Notes: generated by a model from the sequence alone, not told the origin. DNA of 64,000 bases from Flavobacteriia bacterium (GCA_947490145.1 CANLGD010000009.1:337-64336); one strand, 5' to 3'; numbered from the stretch's first letter, positions 20,881 to 29,666 are shown. Translations and numbers: made by a program.

Positions 20881-21983
20881 TTACTTTTTAAAACTTCAAT
20901 TACGCGATCAATTTCTTCATCTTTTAGACCCAAGCCACTCGGAACATAAAATCCATTTCGTGCAATTTTCTCTGCATTTGGATATTTTTCATTTTTGAAA
21001 AGTCCCATTTTTAGAAAAACAGGTTGTTCGTGCATACACCAAAAAAATGGGCGAGTACCAATTTTATTTTCTGTCAATTTTTGAACTGTCTCTACCATTA
21101 ATTCTTCGCTTTCAGCTACTAAACCAAAAATCCAATAAATATTTTCTGCGAAATCTTTTTTAGAAACTGGCAAAGAGAATCCATCAAGATTTTTCAAACC
21201 ATTCAAATATTTTAAACCAATTTCACGCTTACGCTGAATGTGAAAATCAATTTTTTCTAATTGTGCTAGACCTAAAGCAGCTTGCATATTTGTCATACGA
21301 TAATTCCAACCAATTTCCTCGTGCACAAATCTTCGTCCGTTTGGTTCAAAAGCCAAATTTCTCAGCTTTTTACATCTATCAGCCAGATTTTCGTCATTAC
21401 AAACTAACATTCCTCCTTCCCCAGCTGTAATATGTTTATTTGGATAAAAACTAAAAATACTTAGATCCCCAAAACTCCCACATTTTTTACCTTTGTAAGT
21501 TTGTCCGTGCATTTCTGCTGCATCCTCAATCAATAAAAGCTTGTATTTTTTGCATAAATCTAAAATTGGATCCATATCAACTGGAAGTCCATAAATATGA
21601 ACAACTAAAATTGCCTTCGTTTTTGGTGTTATTTTTGCTTCTATTTGCGAAACATCCATGTTCCACGAATCTAATTCACAATCGATTAAAACTGGTATTG
21701 CTCCAGCTGTTACAACAGACTGCGCTGGACTAATTATCGTAAAGGTTGGCATAATTACCTCATCTCCAGAACCAATATTCAGGGCTTTTATAGCTATATC
21801 TAAAGCTGCAGATCCGTTCGAAACAGCGATTCCATATTTTCGATCAACATAATTTGAAAAATCAGTTTCAAATTTTGAAATAAATGGTCCTTCACTTGAG
21901 ATCCAACCAGTTTCGATACATTCTGTTAGATATTTCAGTTCATTGCCAGACAATAATGGCGTATTTACATTAATTGGATTCAT
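20877..21983 (-). CDS. DegT/DnrJ/EryC1-family PLP sugar aminotransferase, GDP-perosamine-synthase-like
   Basis: 368 aa. PLLSGNELKYLTECIETGWISSEGPFISKFE, YGIAVSNGSAALDIA, PLP-lysine region FSFYPNKHITAGEGGM. It co-occurs with gmd, which supplies GDP-4-keto-6-deoxymannose. The family call is firm; perosamine specificity is inferred. Confidence 0.8.
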   Translation of the reverse strand: MNPINVNTPLLSGNELKYLTECIETGWISSEGPFISKFETDFSNYVDRKYGIAVSNGSAALDIAIKALNIGSGDEVIMPTFTIISPAQSVVTAGAIPVLIDCELDSWNMDVSQIEAKITPKTKAILVVHIYGLPVDMDPILDLCKKYKLLLIEDAAEMHGQTYKGKKCGSFGDLSIFSFYPNKHITAGEGGMLVCNDENLADRCKKLRNLAFEPNGRRFVHEEIGWNYRMTNMQAALGLAQLEKIDFHIQRKREIGLKYLNGLKNLDGFSLPVSKKDFAENIYWIFGLVAESEELMVETVQKLTENKIGTRPFFWCMHEQPVFLKMGLFKNEKYPNAEKIARNGFYVPSGLGLKDEEIDRVIEVLKSK

Positions 21984-22157
21984 AGGGATTTAACTTTTTG
22001 TACAATAAAACAAACTGACCAGGTTTCTACACTTGGCTCGGTTTTGGTAATTAATTCTTCTACTTTTAAAATTTTAAAACTACTTTGTTTGGCAATAATT
22101 TCTATCGTGATAAATTAAATCGTAATATTTGCTATATAAATTGAAATTAGATGCCAT
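21980..22157 (-). pseudogene. Remnant of a class I SAM-dependent methyltransferase (N- and C-terminal fragments, core deleted)
   Basis: ATG at 22157 opens MASNFNLYSKYYDLIYHDRNYCQTK* (stop 22080-22082); the YYDLIY-D--Y start is typical of polysaccharide-locus methyltransferases. A second frame (22114-21980) reads FITIEIIAKQSSFKILKVEELITKTEPSVETWSVCFIVQKVKSL*. It ends in an ATGA overlap with the aminotransferase start, as expected for the original gene end. Confidence 0.5.
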
Positions 22158-22159
22158 TT

Positions 22160-22588
22160 TTAAGTCAAAATTATATTTTCATCAGCTATAGCTTCAAAAC
22201 GCACTTTATCTCTTTCTCCATTATACGGTCCTTGTTTCACTTCGATAATTTCTGATTTTTCAAGCATTTTAAATCCATGTCCACCATCGGCAAGTAAAAT
22301 GACATCGCCTTGAAGCAAAATTTTACTTTCTAAATACACTTGTGAATTATCATAAAAATCCACTCTGACTTTTCCACTTTTTATAAATAAAACCTCCTGC
22401 GTTAAATGCACCGCGCGAGGAATAATATTGTGCCTATGAGGTTCGATTACATAATCTATCTCACGATTCATGTAGCCTAATTGTTGCGAAGAATCATCTC
22501 CAGTGAAAAATTCGATTCCTTCTTTGTGGAAAGAATTGCGAATAATTATAGCTAATTCTAAACCGTTGTGTATAATTTTTTCAATCAT
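22160..22588 (-). CDS. Cupin-fold protein (WbuC-like / sugar-nucleotide-modifying candidate)
   Basis: 142 aa. His-containing cupin motifs (EPHRHN; GGHGF) and O-antigen locus context. Confidence 0.5.
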   Translation of the reverse strand: MIEKIIHNGLELAIIIRNSFHKEGIEFFTGDDSSQQLGYMNREIDYVIEPHRHNIIPRAVHLTQEVLFIKSGKVRVDFYDNSQVYLESKILLQGDVILLADGGHGFKMLEKSEIIEVKQGPYNGERDKVRFEAIADENIILT

Positions 22589-23616
22589 ATGATGGGTAAA
22601 TCGTAATTTAAATAATCATTTTGCAAAGTCCATGTTCTTACGAATTCATTCTCTTTGAACATTTTCTGATGAAAATTAAATCCTTCTATTTCAGACATTT
22701 TAAATTTAAACGCCAAAGAATCATCAAATTCTCTTTGCTTGCTTTTTGAGTTTATCATTTTTTTCAAACTCTTTTTAACTAATTTGAAAAAGCCAACTGA
22801 ATCAGACTTTGATTTTTCATTTGTAAAATATAAACCATTCTCAACTCTAATTTGGGTATATGAATTAGCTACACCTTGATAAAATGCTCTTTGAGAAAAA
22901 TAATTCTCTGTCAATCTTGAATTTGGAATTTGATGAAATAAATTGACTCTTGGATTATAATAAGCTTTAAATCCTTTTTCTTTGGCTTTCAGAGAAAGTC
23001 CAGTTTCACCATCTCCTTGGAAATGTTGTAATTTTTTTGGAATATTATCAGGGTGAAAACCCTTCAATTCTTTAAAAACACTTTTACGAATGGTAAAATT
23101 CAAACCCCAAACAAAAAGTGGGTCGATTTCTATTTCTTCGCTTCCAAAATCCATTAAACTTAGCCAACCACAATGAATTCCATTTTCATTTTTTGTCCAA
23201 AAATCATTTAACCATTCTGGTGGATTTGATTCGTATTTTGGTAAACATGGTCCTGACAAAAGAGCGATTTGTTTATTTTCGTTCATTCTTTCTATGATTC
23301 CTTCAAGCCATGTTTCAGAAACAAGAACATCATCATCAATAAAGCTTAAAATTTCTCCTCTTGATTCTTTAGCGCCGCGATGCCTTCCTGAAAGTAATCC
23401 TGGAATGTCGTCAAAAAAATAATGCAAATTAAAACTTGAATTTTCTTTTTGAATTTTCTCAACAATTTCCTTTGTTTCATCTGTAGAACCATTATCAACA
23501 ACAATAATTTCAAATAAATCCGTTGCTGTGTTATGAGAAAATATACTTTCAATTGTATCTTGTAGCAATTTACATCGATTGAAAGTTGGAATTATAATTG
23601 AAACAATTGGAATCAT
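22585..23616 (-). CDS. Glycosyltransferase, GT2 family
   Basis: 343 aa. VSIIIPTFNR, IIVVDNGSTDET, FIDDD. Confidence 0.85.
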   Translation of the reverse strand: MIPIVSIIIPTFNRCKLLQDTIESIFSHNTATDLFEIIVVDNGSTDETKEIVEKIQKENSSFNLHYFFDDIPGLLSGRHRGAKESRGEILSFIDDDVLVSETWLEGIIERMNENKQIALLSGPCLPKYESNPPEWLNDFWTKNENGIHCGWLSLMDFGSEEIEIDPLFVWGLNFTIRKSVFKELKGFHPDNIPKKLQHFQGDGETGLSLKAKEKGFKAYYNPRVNLFHQIPNSRLTENYFSQRAFYQGVANSYTQIRVENGLYFTNEKSKSDSVGFFKLVKKSLKKMINSKSKQREFDDSLAFKFKMSEIEGFNFHQKMFKENEFVRTWTLQNDYLNYDLPII

Positions 23617-24263
23617 ATATTATTAAATTTATTTAAATAAGCTGATAAATTTTCAAGAGTAGGTTTTTTGATGATTTCAGACAAGTCTGCAAGTTTATTT
23701 TCTTCCAAATTCCACCATTTAAGTTCTAAAATTAAGGCACAAATTTCTTCAGAAAATCTTTTTTTTATGCATTTTGCTGGAACACCAACTACTACTTCAA
23801 AATCATTTACATCTTTTAATACAACTGATCCAGCACCAATAACTGCGCCATTTCCAATTTTGATTCCATTTTTTAAAAAAACATTTGCTCCTATCCAAAC
23901 ATCATTTTTAATAATTACTTTTTCAAAATCTGCTTTTTGTTTATCGTTAATTTCTTTCTTCGAATAAATCAATTCATTGTAATAAACCGATGGACTTGTG
24001 CTCAATTCATTTATTGGATGATTTCCGAAACCTATCACAACATTTGGACCGATTGAGCAATAATTTCCAATCTCACAATTATAAACAATTGAATTATATG
24101 AAACATACGAACTTTTACCAATTGAATAATTAAATAATTGATTGTTTCCATCAAATTGCTTTTGAGAAATATCAAATTCTCTCTCTTTTAAAATCGAAAC
24201 AAGCACATTTCTTTTTCTTAAGATAAATTGCAACTTTTTTAAATTACTTTTAATTTTTCTCAT
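23613..24263 (-). CDS. Hexapeptide acetyltransferase, XAT (Vat/CatB-related) class
   Basis: 216 aa. GFGNHPINELSTSP, then hexapeptide repeats WIGANVFLKNGIKIGNGAVIGAGSVVLKDV, VVGVPAK. Confidence 0.75.
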   Translation of the reverse strand: MRKIKSNLKKLQFILRKRNVLVSILKEREFDISQKQFDGNNQLFNYSIGKSSYVSYNSIVYNCEIGNYCSIGPNVVIGFGNHPINELSTSPSVYYNELIYSKKEINDKQKADFEKVIIKNDVWIGANVFLKNGIKIGNGAVIGAGSVVLKDVNDFEVVVGVPAKCIKKRFSEEICALILELKWWNLEENKLADLSEIIKKPTLENLSAYLNKFNNI

Positions 24264-24276
24264 GCTAAACTACTTA

Positions 24277-25503
24277 CTAATGCCATCTAACATATTGATC
24301 CACAGAACCAATTTCCAGAGGATTTGGTAGCTGAATATAGTCAAATTTTGATTTATACTCAAAACTTACTATTTCTATTTTTTCATCATAATCCACTGAT
24401 TGATCTCCTAACCAAACAGAAATATAATAATTTCCTGTATGTAAATTCAAGTAATCAATTTCTGCGATAATTTCTCCTTCGAAATTTCCTGCATTTTCAA
24501 AATTAGAATTGTGAAACCTTGTATTACTTCCAAAAATTGGAACATTTAATTGATTATAAACAATAAAACCTGGTACAACTTTTTTAAGTTCAATTGGTGA
24601 TTTATATTGAATTGTTAATTTTAATTTATTTTCACTTAACTTTTCTTTATCCAAAGAAATAAATGTAATTTGGGGTTTTAAATTGAAAAAATCAAAACTT
24701 ACTTCCTGCTGAAAAGTGGAATGCATCAAATAAGTATTCAAAACATCCTGCATTAAACCATGTTTCACATTTTCACCATTATGTAACATTAATCCAGAAT
24801 TACATAATTTCGAAATTGCATCCATGTTATGACTTACAAAAAGCACAGTTCTGCCATCTTTTTGTCGAATATCTCCCATTTTACCAAGGCATTTTTTCTG
24901 AAATTCTGAATCTCCAACAGCTAAAACTTCATCAACAATCAAAATTTCTGAGTCTAAATGAGCTGCTACGGCAAAGGCCAGTCTTACATACATTCCTGAA
25001 GAATAACGTTTTACAGGCGTATCAACGTAACGTTCTACCCCCGAAAAATCAATTATTTCATCTAATTTTTGTTTAATTTCAGCTTTTCTCATTCCTAATA
25101 TGGAACCGTTTAGAAAAATATTTTCTCTACCAGATAATTCTGGATGGAAACCTGTTCCAACTTCTAATAAACTTGCTACTCTGCCTTTAATTGAAATTTT
25201 TCCAGCAGTTGGAGCAGTAATCCTTGAAATCAACTTTAATAAAGTACTTTTTCCAGCTCCATTCCTTCCAATAATTCCTACAGCATCTCCCTGATTTATC
25301 TCTAAATCAATACTTTTCAAGGAATAAACAATATCATTTCCTTTTTTAGTGCGATCATTTGATTCTCCAATTTTCAAAAATGGATCTTCTTTACCTTGGA
25401 TTTTAGCTTTCCAACGTTTCAAGTCATTTGAAATTGTTCCGGTACCAATTTGTCCTAATTGATACACTTTTGATAGATTTTCTATTTTTATTGCTACACT
25501 CAT
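24277..25503 (-). CDS. wzt: O-polysaccharide ABC exporter ATP-binding protein with C-terminal glycan-binding-type extension (Wzt-like)
   Basis: 408 aa. Walker A GRNGAGKST, signature YSSGMYVRLAFA, Walker B ILIVDEVLAVGD, plus a ~150-aa beta-rich C-terminal domain. Confidence 0.85.
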   Translation of the reverse strand: MSVAIKIENLSKVYQLGQIGTGTISNDLKRWKAKIQGKEDPFLKIGESNDRTKKGNDIVYSLKSIDLEINQGDAVGIIGRNGAGKSTLLKLISRITAPTAGKISIKGRVASLLEVGTGFHPELSGRENIFLNGSILGMRKAEIKQKLDEIIDFSGVERYVDTPVKRYSSGMYVRLAFAVAAHLDSEILIVDEVLAVGDSEFQKKCLGKMGDIRQKDGRTVLFVSHNMDAISKLCNSGLMLHNGENVKHGLMQDVLNTYLMHSTFQQEVSFDFFNLKPQITFISLDKEKLSENKLKLTIQYKSPIELKKVVPGFIVYNQLNVPIFGSNTRFHNSNFENAGNFEGEIIAEIDYLNLHTGNYYISVWLGDQSVDYDEKIEIVSFEYKSKFDYIQLPNPLEIGSVDQYVRWH

Positions 25504-26363
25504 ACGGTATCCATAAAGTTTCTTTCGACTTTATTAAAAATAATTAAACCAAAAATAAAAGAAATTATTGTAAAAATACATACGTAAGCTATTGACATAA
25601 AGGTGACTTCACCCTTTCCTAAAAGTGCAAAACGAAAACCTTCGATAATTGTACTCATTGGATTCAACAAAATGATTGATTTGTATTTTTCCGGCGCGGC
25701 ACTAAGTGGGTATATGATTGGTGTTCCATACATTAACAATTGAATTCCAAATGAAATCAAAAACGCTAAATCTCTGTATTTTGTCGTCAGAGAAGAAATT
25801 AACATTCCTAATCCTAAACCCAAAATGGCCATCAATAGAATAAACAAAGGAATTAAAAATAGAGCAAAAGAGAAATGGAACTGAAAATCTCGAAACAAAG
25901 CAAAATACAGAAATGTACCAATCAATAAAATAAATTGGATTCCAAATCGCACTAGATTACTAAAAACCAAACTTAAAGGCATTACTAATCTAGGAAAATA
26001 AACCTTTCCAAAGATATGCGCATTGTCTTTAAAAATAGTTGATGTTTTCAACAAGCACTCAGAAAAATAATTCCAGGCAATAATTCCTGTCATATAAAAA
26101 AGTGTTTGAGGCAATCCATTTGTACTTATTCCAGCTAGGTTTCCAAAAATCACCATGTAAATAAAAGTAGTGATTAATGGTTGTATAAAAAACCACAAAG
26201 GTCCAAGGATTGTTTGCTTATAAAAGGACACAATATCTCTTTTCACTAAAAGAAACAGCAAATCTCTATAATTCCAAACCTCCTTTAAGTTTAGAGAAAA
26301 AAGAGAAGATTTTGATTGAATTACAAAATCCCAATTTTCATTATTTTGTTGATTTTTATTCAT
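25500..26363 (-). CDS. wzm: ABC-2 type polysaccharide exporter permease (Wzm-like)
   Basis: 287 aa with about six TM segments. 4-nt overlap with wzt. Confidence 0.85.
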   Translation of the reverse strand: MNKNQQNNENWDFVIQSKSSLFSLNLKEVWNYRDLLFLLVKRDIVSFYKQTILGPLWFFIQPLITTFIYMVIFGNLAGISTNGLPQTLFYMTGIIAWNYFSECLLKTSTIFKDNAHIFGKVYFPRLVMPLSLVFSNLVRFGIQFILLIGTFLYFALFRDFQFHFSFALFLIPLFILLMAILGLGLGMLISSLTTKYRDLAFLISFGIQLLMYGTPIIYPLSAAPEKYKSIILLNPMSTIIEGFRFALLGKGEVTFMSIAYVCIFTIISFIFGLIIFNKVERNFMDTV

Positions 26364-27443
26364 TTATGAATTCAAATAATTTTGATATGTTTTTAGTATT
26401 CCACTGCTCAAGTCCATTGATTGGTATGAAATAATGGAGTTCATTAGTGAAATATCTAAGCATTTCTTTTGTGTTCCATTAAATTGTGAGGTACTCCATG
26501 AGATTTCACCTTCGAATCCAACAATTTCTTTAATTAAACTGGCCAATTCTTTTATTTTTAAATCTTTTCCTGTTCCTACATTGATTTGTGCTTGCTTTAA
26601 ATCTACATATAATTTTTTTGCATCAATTTTGTTGAATATTTGAATGCAAATTTCAGCAAAATCATCTACATGTAAAAATTCTCTGTAAACTTCACCTGTT
26701 CCCCAAAGTTTTATTTCTACTTTTTTATCGGCACTTAAATTTATACCTTGTTCTGATAAAAAATTTAAGATTTCAATTTCTGAACTGTTAGCGCTGATAT
26801 CATTAGTATGCTTTTTAATTAAATCTTCTTTTATACCCTTAATATCATTATTTTCAAGTAATTTTGCTAAATGAATTTTACGAATAAAAGCAGGAAGAAC
26901 GTGCGAGTTTTTTAAATCATAATTATCATTGGGCCCGTATAAATTTGTGGGCATTACCGAAATAAAATCGCTTCCATACTGATGAAAATAACTTTCACAC
27001 ATTTTTATACCTGCAATCTTTGCAATTGCATAAGGTTCATTTGTTTGTTCTAATAAACCTGTCAATAAATATTCTTCTTTTAAAGGTTGTGGTGCATTTT
27101 TAGGATAAATACATGAACTACCCAAAAATAATAATTTTTTAGTTTGAAATTGAAATGCTGCTTGAATAACGTTATTTTGAATCATTAAATTTTCGTAGAT
27201 AAATTCTGCTCTAAAAGTATTATTTGCAAAAATTCCACCGACCTTAGCTGCAGCTAGGAAAACATACTCCGGCTTTTCGTTTGAAAAAAACAAATTTACA
27301 TCAGCCTGGTTTGTTAAATCTAATTCCTTCGAATTTCGTAAAACGAAATTGTCATAACCCGTGGCTTTCAGTTTTCGTAAAATAGCTGAACCAACCATTC
27401 CATTATGACCTGCAATAAAAATTTTTGAATTTTTATTCATCAT
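26364..27443 (-). CDS. fcl: GDP-L-fucose synthase
   Basis: 359 aa. [14 protein letters not shown] (Rossmann fold), [14 protein letters not shown] (YxxxK). Overlaps gmd by 11 nt. Confidence 0.85.
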   Translation of the reverse strand: MMNKNSKIFIAGHNGMVGSAILRKLKATGYDNFVLRNSKELDLTNQADVNLFFSNEKPEYVFLAAAKVGGIFANNTFRAEFIYENLMIQNNVIQAAFQFQTKKLLFLGSSCIYPKNAPQPLKEEYLLTGLLEQTNEPYAIAKIAGIKMCESYFHQYGSDFISVMPTNLYGPNDNYDLKNSHVLPAFIRKIHLAKLLENNDIKGIKEDLIKKHTNDISANSSEIEILNFLSEQGINLSADKKVEIKLWGTGEVYREFLHVDDFAEICIQIFNKIDAKKLYVDLKQAQINVGTGKDLKIKELASLIKEIVGFEGEISWSTSQFNGTQKKCLDISLMNSIISYQSMDLSSGILKTYQNYLNS

Positions 27444-28548
27444 TTTTTATTTTACTAAAACCACCATTTTCAAGGTAAATTCCTCTTTCAACATTTAACA
27501 AATCAGATTCGACCATTTCTTTTACTAAATCTTTTAATGTAAATTCTGGAGTCCAATCTAATTTTTCTTTTGCTTTTGATGCATCTCCGATTAATAAATC
27601 AACCTCTGTAGGTCTAAAATAGCGCTTGTCAATGGCTAAAACTTGTTTACCAATTTCTAGCTGAAATTTTACATTATTGCATTTCTTTACAAATCCTTTT
27701 TCGTCTACCCCTTGACCTATAAATTCTAATTCAATACCTATTTCATTGAAAGCCATTTTCACAAAATCACGAACTGTGGTGGTTTTACCAGTTGCAATTA
27801 CCCAATCTTCGGCTACTTCAGCCTGCAGAATTAACCACATCATTCTTACATAATCTTTCGCATGTCCCCAATCTCTTTGGGCGTCAAGATTCCCAAGGTA
27901 AAGCATATCTTGCATACCAAAGGCAATTTTAGAAACTGCCCTAGTTATTTTTCGAGTTACAAAAGTTTCTCCTCTTACAGGAGATTCATGGTTGAAAAGA
28001 ATTCCGTTTGATGCAAAAATACCGTACGCTTCTCTATAGTTTACGGTAATCCAATAAGCATAAATTTTTGCTACGGCATAAGGGCTCCTTGGATAAAAAG
28101 GTGTATTTTCTGACTGAGGAACTTCTTGTACTTTCCCGTACAATTCACTAGTCGATGCCTGGTAAAGTTTGATTTTTTTTTCAAAACCCAGAATCCTAAT
28201 CGCCTCTAATATCCTTAAAGTACCAATTCCATCAGCATTTGCGGTATATTCAGGTGTTTCAAATGAAACTTGGACATGACTCATAGCTGCCAAATTGTAA
28301 ATTTCATCAGGTTTAGTTTCTTGAATTATACGGATTAGATTTGTGGAATCAGTCATGTCCCCATAATGCAAAATAAAATTTTGTTTGTTGATATGTGGAT
28401 CTTGATATAAGTGGTCTATTCGATCTGTATTAAAACTTGAGGCTCTCCGTTTAATACCGTGAACTATGTAATCTTTTTCAAGTAAAAATGCAGCTAAGTA
28501 AGAACCATCTTGACCTGTCACACCTGTAATCAAAGCAATTTTTTTCAT
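27433..28548 (-). CDS. gmd: GDP-mannose 4,6-dehydratase
   Basis: 371 aa. [60 protein letters not shown]. Confidence 0.95.
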   Translation of the reverse strand: MKKIALITGVTGQDGSYLAAFLLEKDYIVHGIKRRASSFNTDRIDHLYQDPHINKQNFILHYGDMTDSTNLIRIIQETKPDEIYNLAAMSHVQVSFETPEYTANADGIGTLRILEAIRILGFEKKIKLYQASTSELYGKVQEVPQSENTPFYPRSPYAVAKIYAYWITVNYREAYGIFASNGILFNHESPVRGETFVTRKITRAVSKIAFGMQDMLYLGNLDAQRDWGHAKDYVRMMWLILQAEVAEDWVIATGKTTTVRDFVKMAFNEIGIELEFIGQGVDEKGFVKKCNNVKFQLEIGKQVLAIDKRYFRPTEVDLLIGDASKAKEKLDWTPEFTLKDLVKEMVESDLLNVERGIYLENGGFSKIKNDE

Positions 28549-28574
28549 CTCTAAAATTAATTTTTTATTTAATC

Positions 28575-29009
28575 TAATTTCATGGTTTTGCCTTCATCAG
28601 TAACGTTATTTAACGCAAATAAACATCAAGTGCTTTTACGGAACCTAATTGTGTAAACCTGAAATAAATGACAAAATTAATTAAAATTTTTAGATCATAA
28701 ACTTAACATTAGAAAATTAATTTTCTCTTTGCTAGAGTTTTGTGGCTTCGCCTTCATTAGTCACATTATTTAACGTGCATATCAAAAAAACTTTTATAAA
28801 AAATCTTGTGCGAGCCTAATCTAATTCACAAAATTAATTAAAATTTTCAAAGTGTCAAATTATTACAACAAAAATTAATTTTTTCTTAACTTTAGCTTCC
28901 ATTCTTTTCAGATATCAGTAGAGTTATTTAATGTTAACAATTAAAAAAAGAGGATTACATCAAAACTATTATCTTAACCCGAACTAAGTGGTTAATCTAA
29001 TCAAAATTT
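28575..29009. repeat. Degenerate tandem repeat, about 2.7 copies of a ~157-160-bp unit, in the upxY-gmd leader
   Basis: Conserved blocks recur with ~160-bp spacing: gccttcatcagtaacgttatttaacg (28590), gccttcattagtcacattatttaacg (28750), cttttcagatatcagtagagttatttaatg (28905). acaaaattaattaaaatttt occurs at 28671 and 28828. aaaattaatttt(t)tc ends copies 1 and 2. Confidence 0.75.
28829..28859 (-). promoter_or_regulatory. Candidate Bacteroidota promoter (TTTG-N19-TAATTTTG) inside repeat copy 2
   Basis: On the minus strand there is a -33 TTTG (28856-28859), a 19-nt spacer and a -7 TAATTTTG (28829-28836). The same -7 box recurs in copy 1 (28672-28679) with a weaker -33. Confidence 0.4.
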
Positions 29010-29564
29010 TCATAATATCAACTTAACACTTGAAGTTGGAACATTGACAGTTAAAAACGTATTTAAAGTAATTAGCTCTACCGACAACCTGTATACTCCT
29101 TGATAATCAACCGCTTGCGCAATTAAACCTCTAAATGGTCCTGAAATCGCCTCTACCTTATCTCCTTTTTGAAAAGTCGGTTTTTCTAAATTTGTCACTT
29201 GTGAAAAATCATTTAATAATATTTCAATTGAATCTATTTCTATTTGTCTCACTTTTGCATATTGTCCAGAATGCATTAGAATTTTAATGACACCATCTAC
29301 TAACTTAACGGAATATAAATCTGTGATTAAACATCTTACAAAAACGACAGAGGGTATTAATGGAATACTTACTTTTTTTCGATCACTCCAAATTTTGACT
29401 GTATTTAGTAAAGGTAAAAACAGCTCTAAATTTAAATTTTTCAATCTATCGAAAACTTTTTTTTCAGAATTCGGTTTTGTATAAATTACAAACCAAAAAT
29501 TTATATGTTTTTCAATCAATTTACATTCTTTATTTGGGTCTTGAAACAAAACATCTGGCAACAA
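29010..29564 (-). CDS. UpxY-family NusG-like transcription antiterminator
   Basis: 184 aa. NGN-type start WFVIYTKPNSEKKVFDRL and a C-terminal KOW-like FQKGDKVEAISGPFRGL. It sits at the head of the polysaccharide locus as in Bacteroides capsule loci. No in-frame ATG lies upstream of the NGN domain, so the start is TTG (29564 or 29519). Confidence 0.75.
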   Translation of the reverse strand: MLPDVLFQDPNKECKLIEKHINFWFVIYTKPNSEKKVFDRLKNLNLELFLPLLNTVKIWSDRKKVSIPLIPSVVFVRCLITDLYSVKLVDGVIKILMHSGQYAKVRQIEIDSIEILLNDFSQVTNLEKPTFQKGDKVEAISGPFRGLIAQAVDYQGVYRLSVELITLNTFLTVNVPTSSVKLIL

Positions 29565-29635
29565 TGTTTTTAAAACAATAAAAAGATTTAATAATTTTTA
29601 TAATCAAAATAATTTTAAAAAAAATTGTGAAATCC

Positions 29636-29666
29636 TTGCACAATATTAAATATTAATTTACCTTTG
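29636..29666 (+). promoter_or_regulatory. Candidate promoter (TTG-N20-TACCTTTG) for the OMP gene
   Basis: TTG at 29636-29638 and TACCTTTG at 29659-29666, 38 nt upstream of ATG 29705. An ATTGTG/CACAAT inverted repeat (29624-29644) overlaps the -33 region. Confidence 0.4.

Noticed and set aside
26364-27443. Extra ~40-residue segment in Fcl (around [46 protein letters not shown]) as a novel insertion
   Set aside because: As far as I recall, Bacteroidota GDP-fucose synthases are generally ~355-360 aa with a comparable insertion relative to E. coli Fcl, so this is probably lineage-typical.
28549-29009. Possible CRISPR array or mini-ORFs (leader peptides MKAKP*, MKAKPQNSSKEKINFLMLSL*, MEAKVKKKLIFVVII*) in the leader repeats
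   Set aside because: It is not CRISPR: the unit is ~160 bp, degenerate, has no short exact repeat/spacer alternation, and no cas genes are present. The mini-ORFs differ in length, and the third ATG is not at the homologous position, so their similarity just reflects repeat homology. I do not call them genes.
6767-29564. Polysaccharide locus as a horizontally acquired mobile island
   Set aside because: No integrase, transposase, flanking tRNA or direct repeats are visible in the window. Composition looks similar to the neighbouring genes by eye. This cannot be judged without genome-wide statistics.
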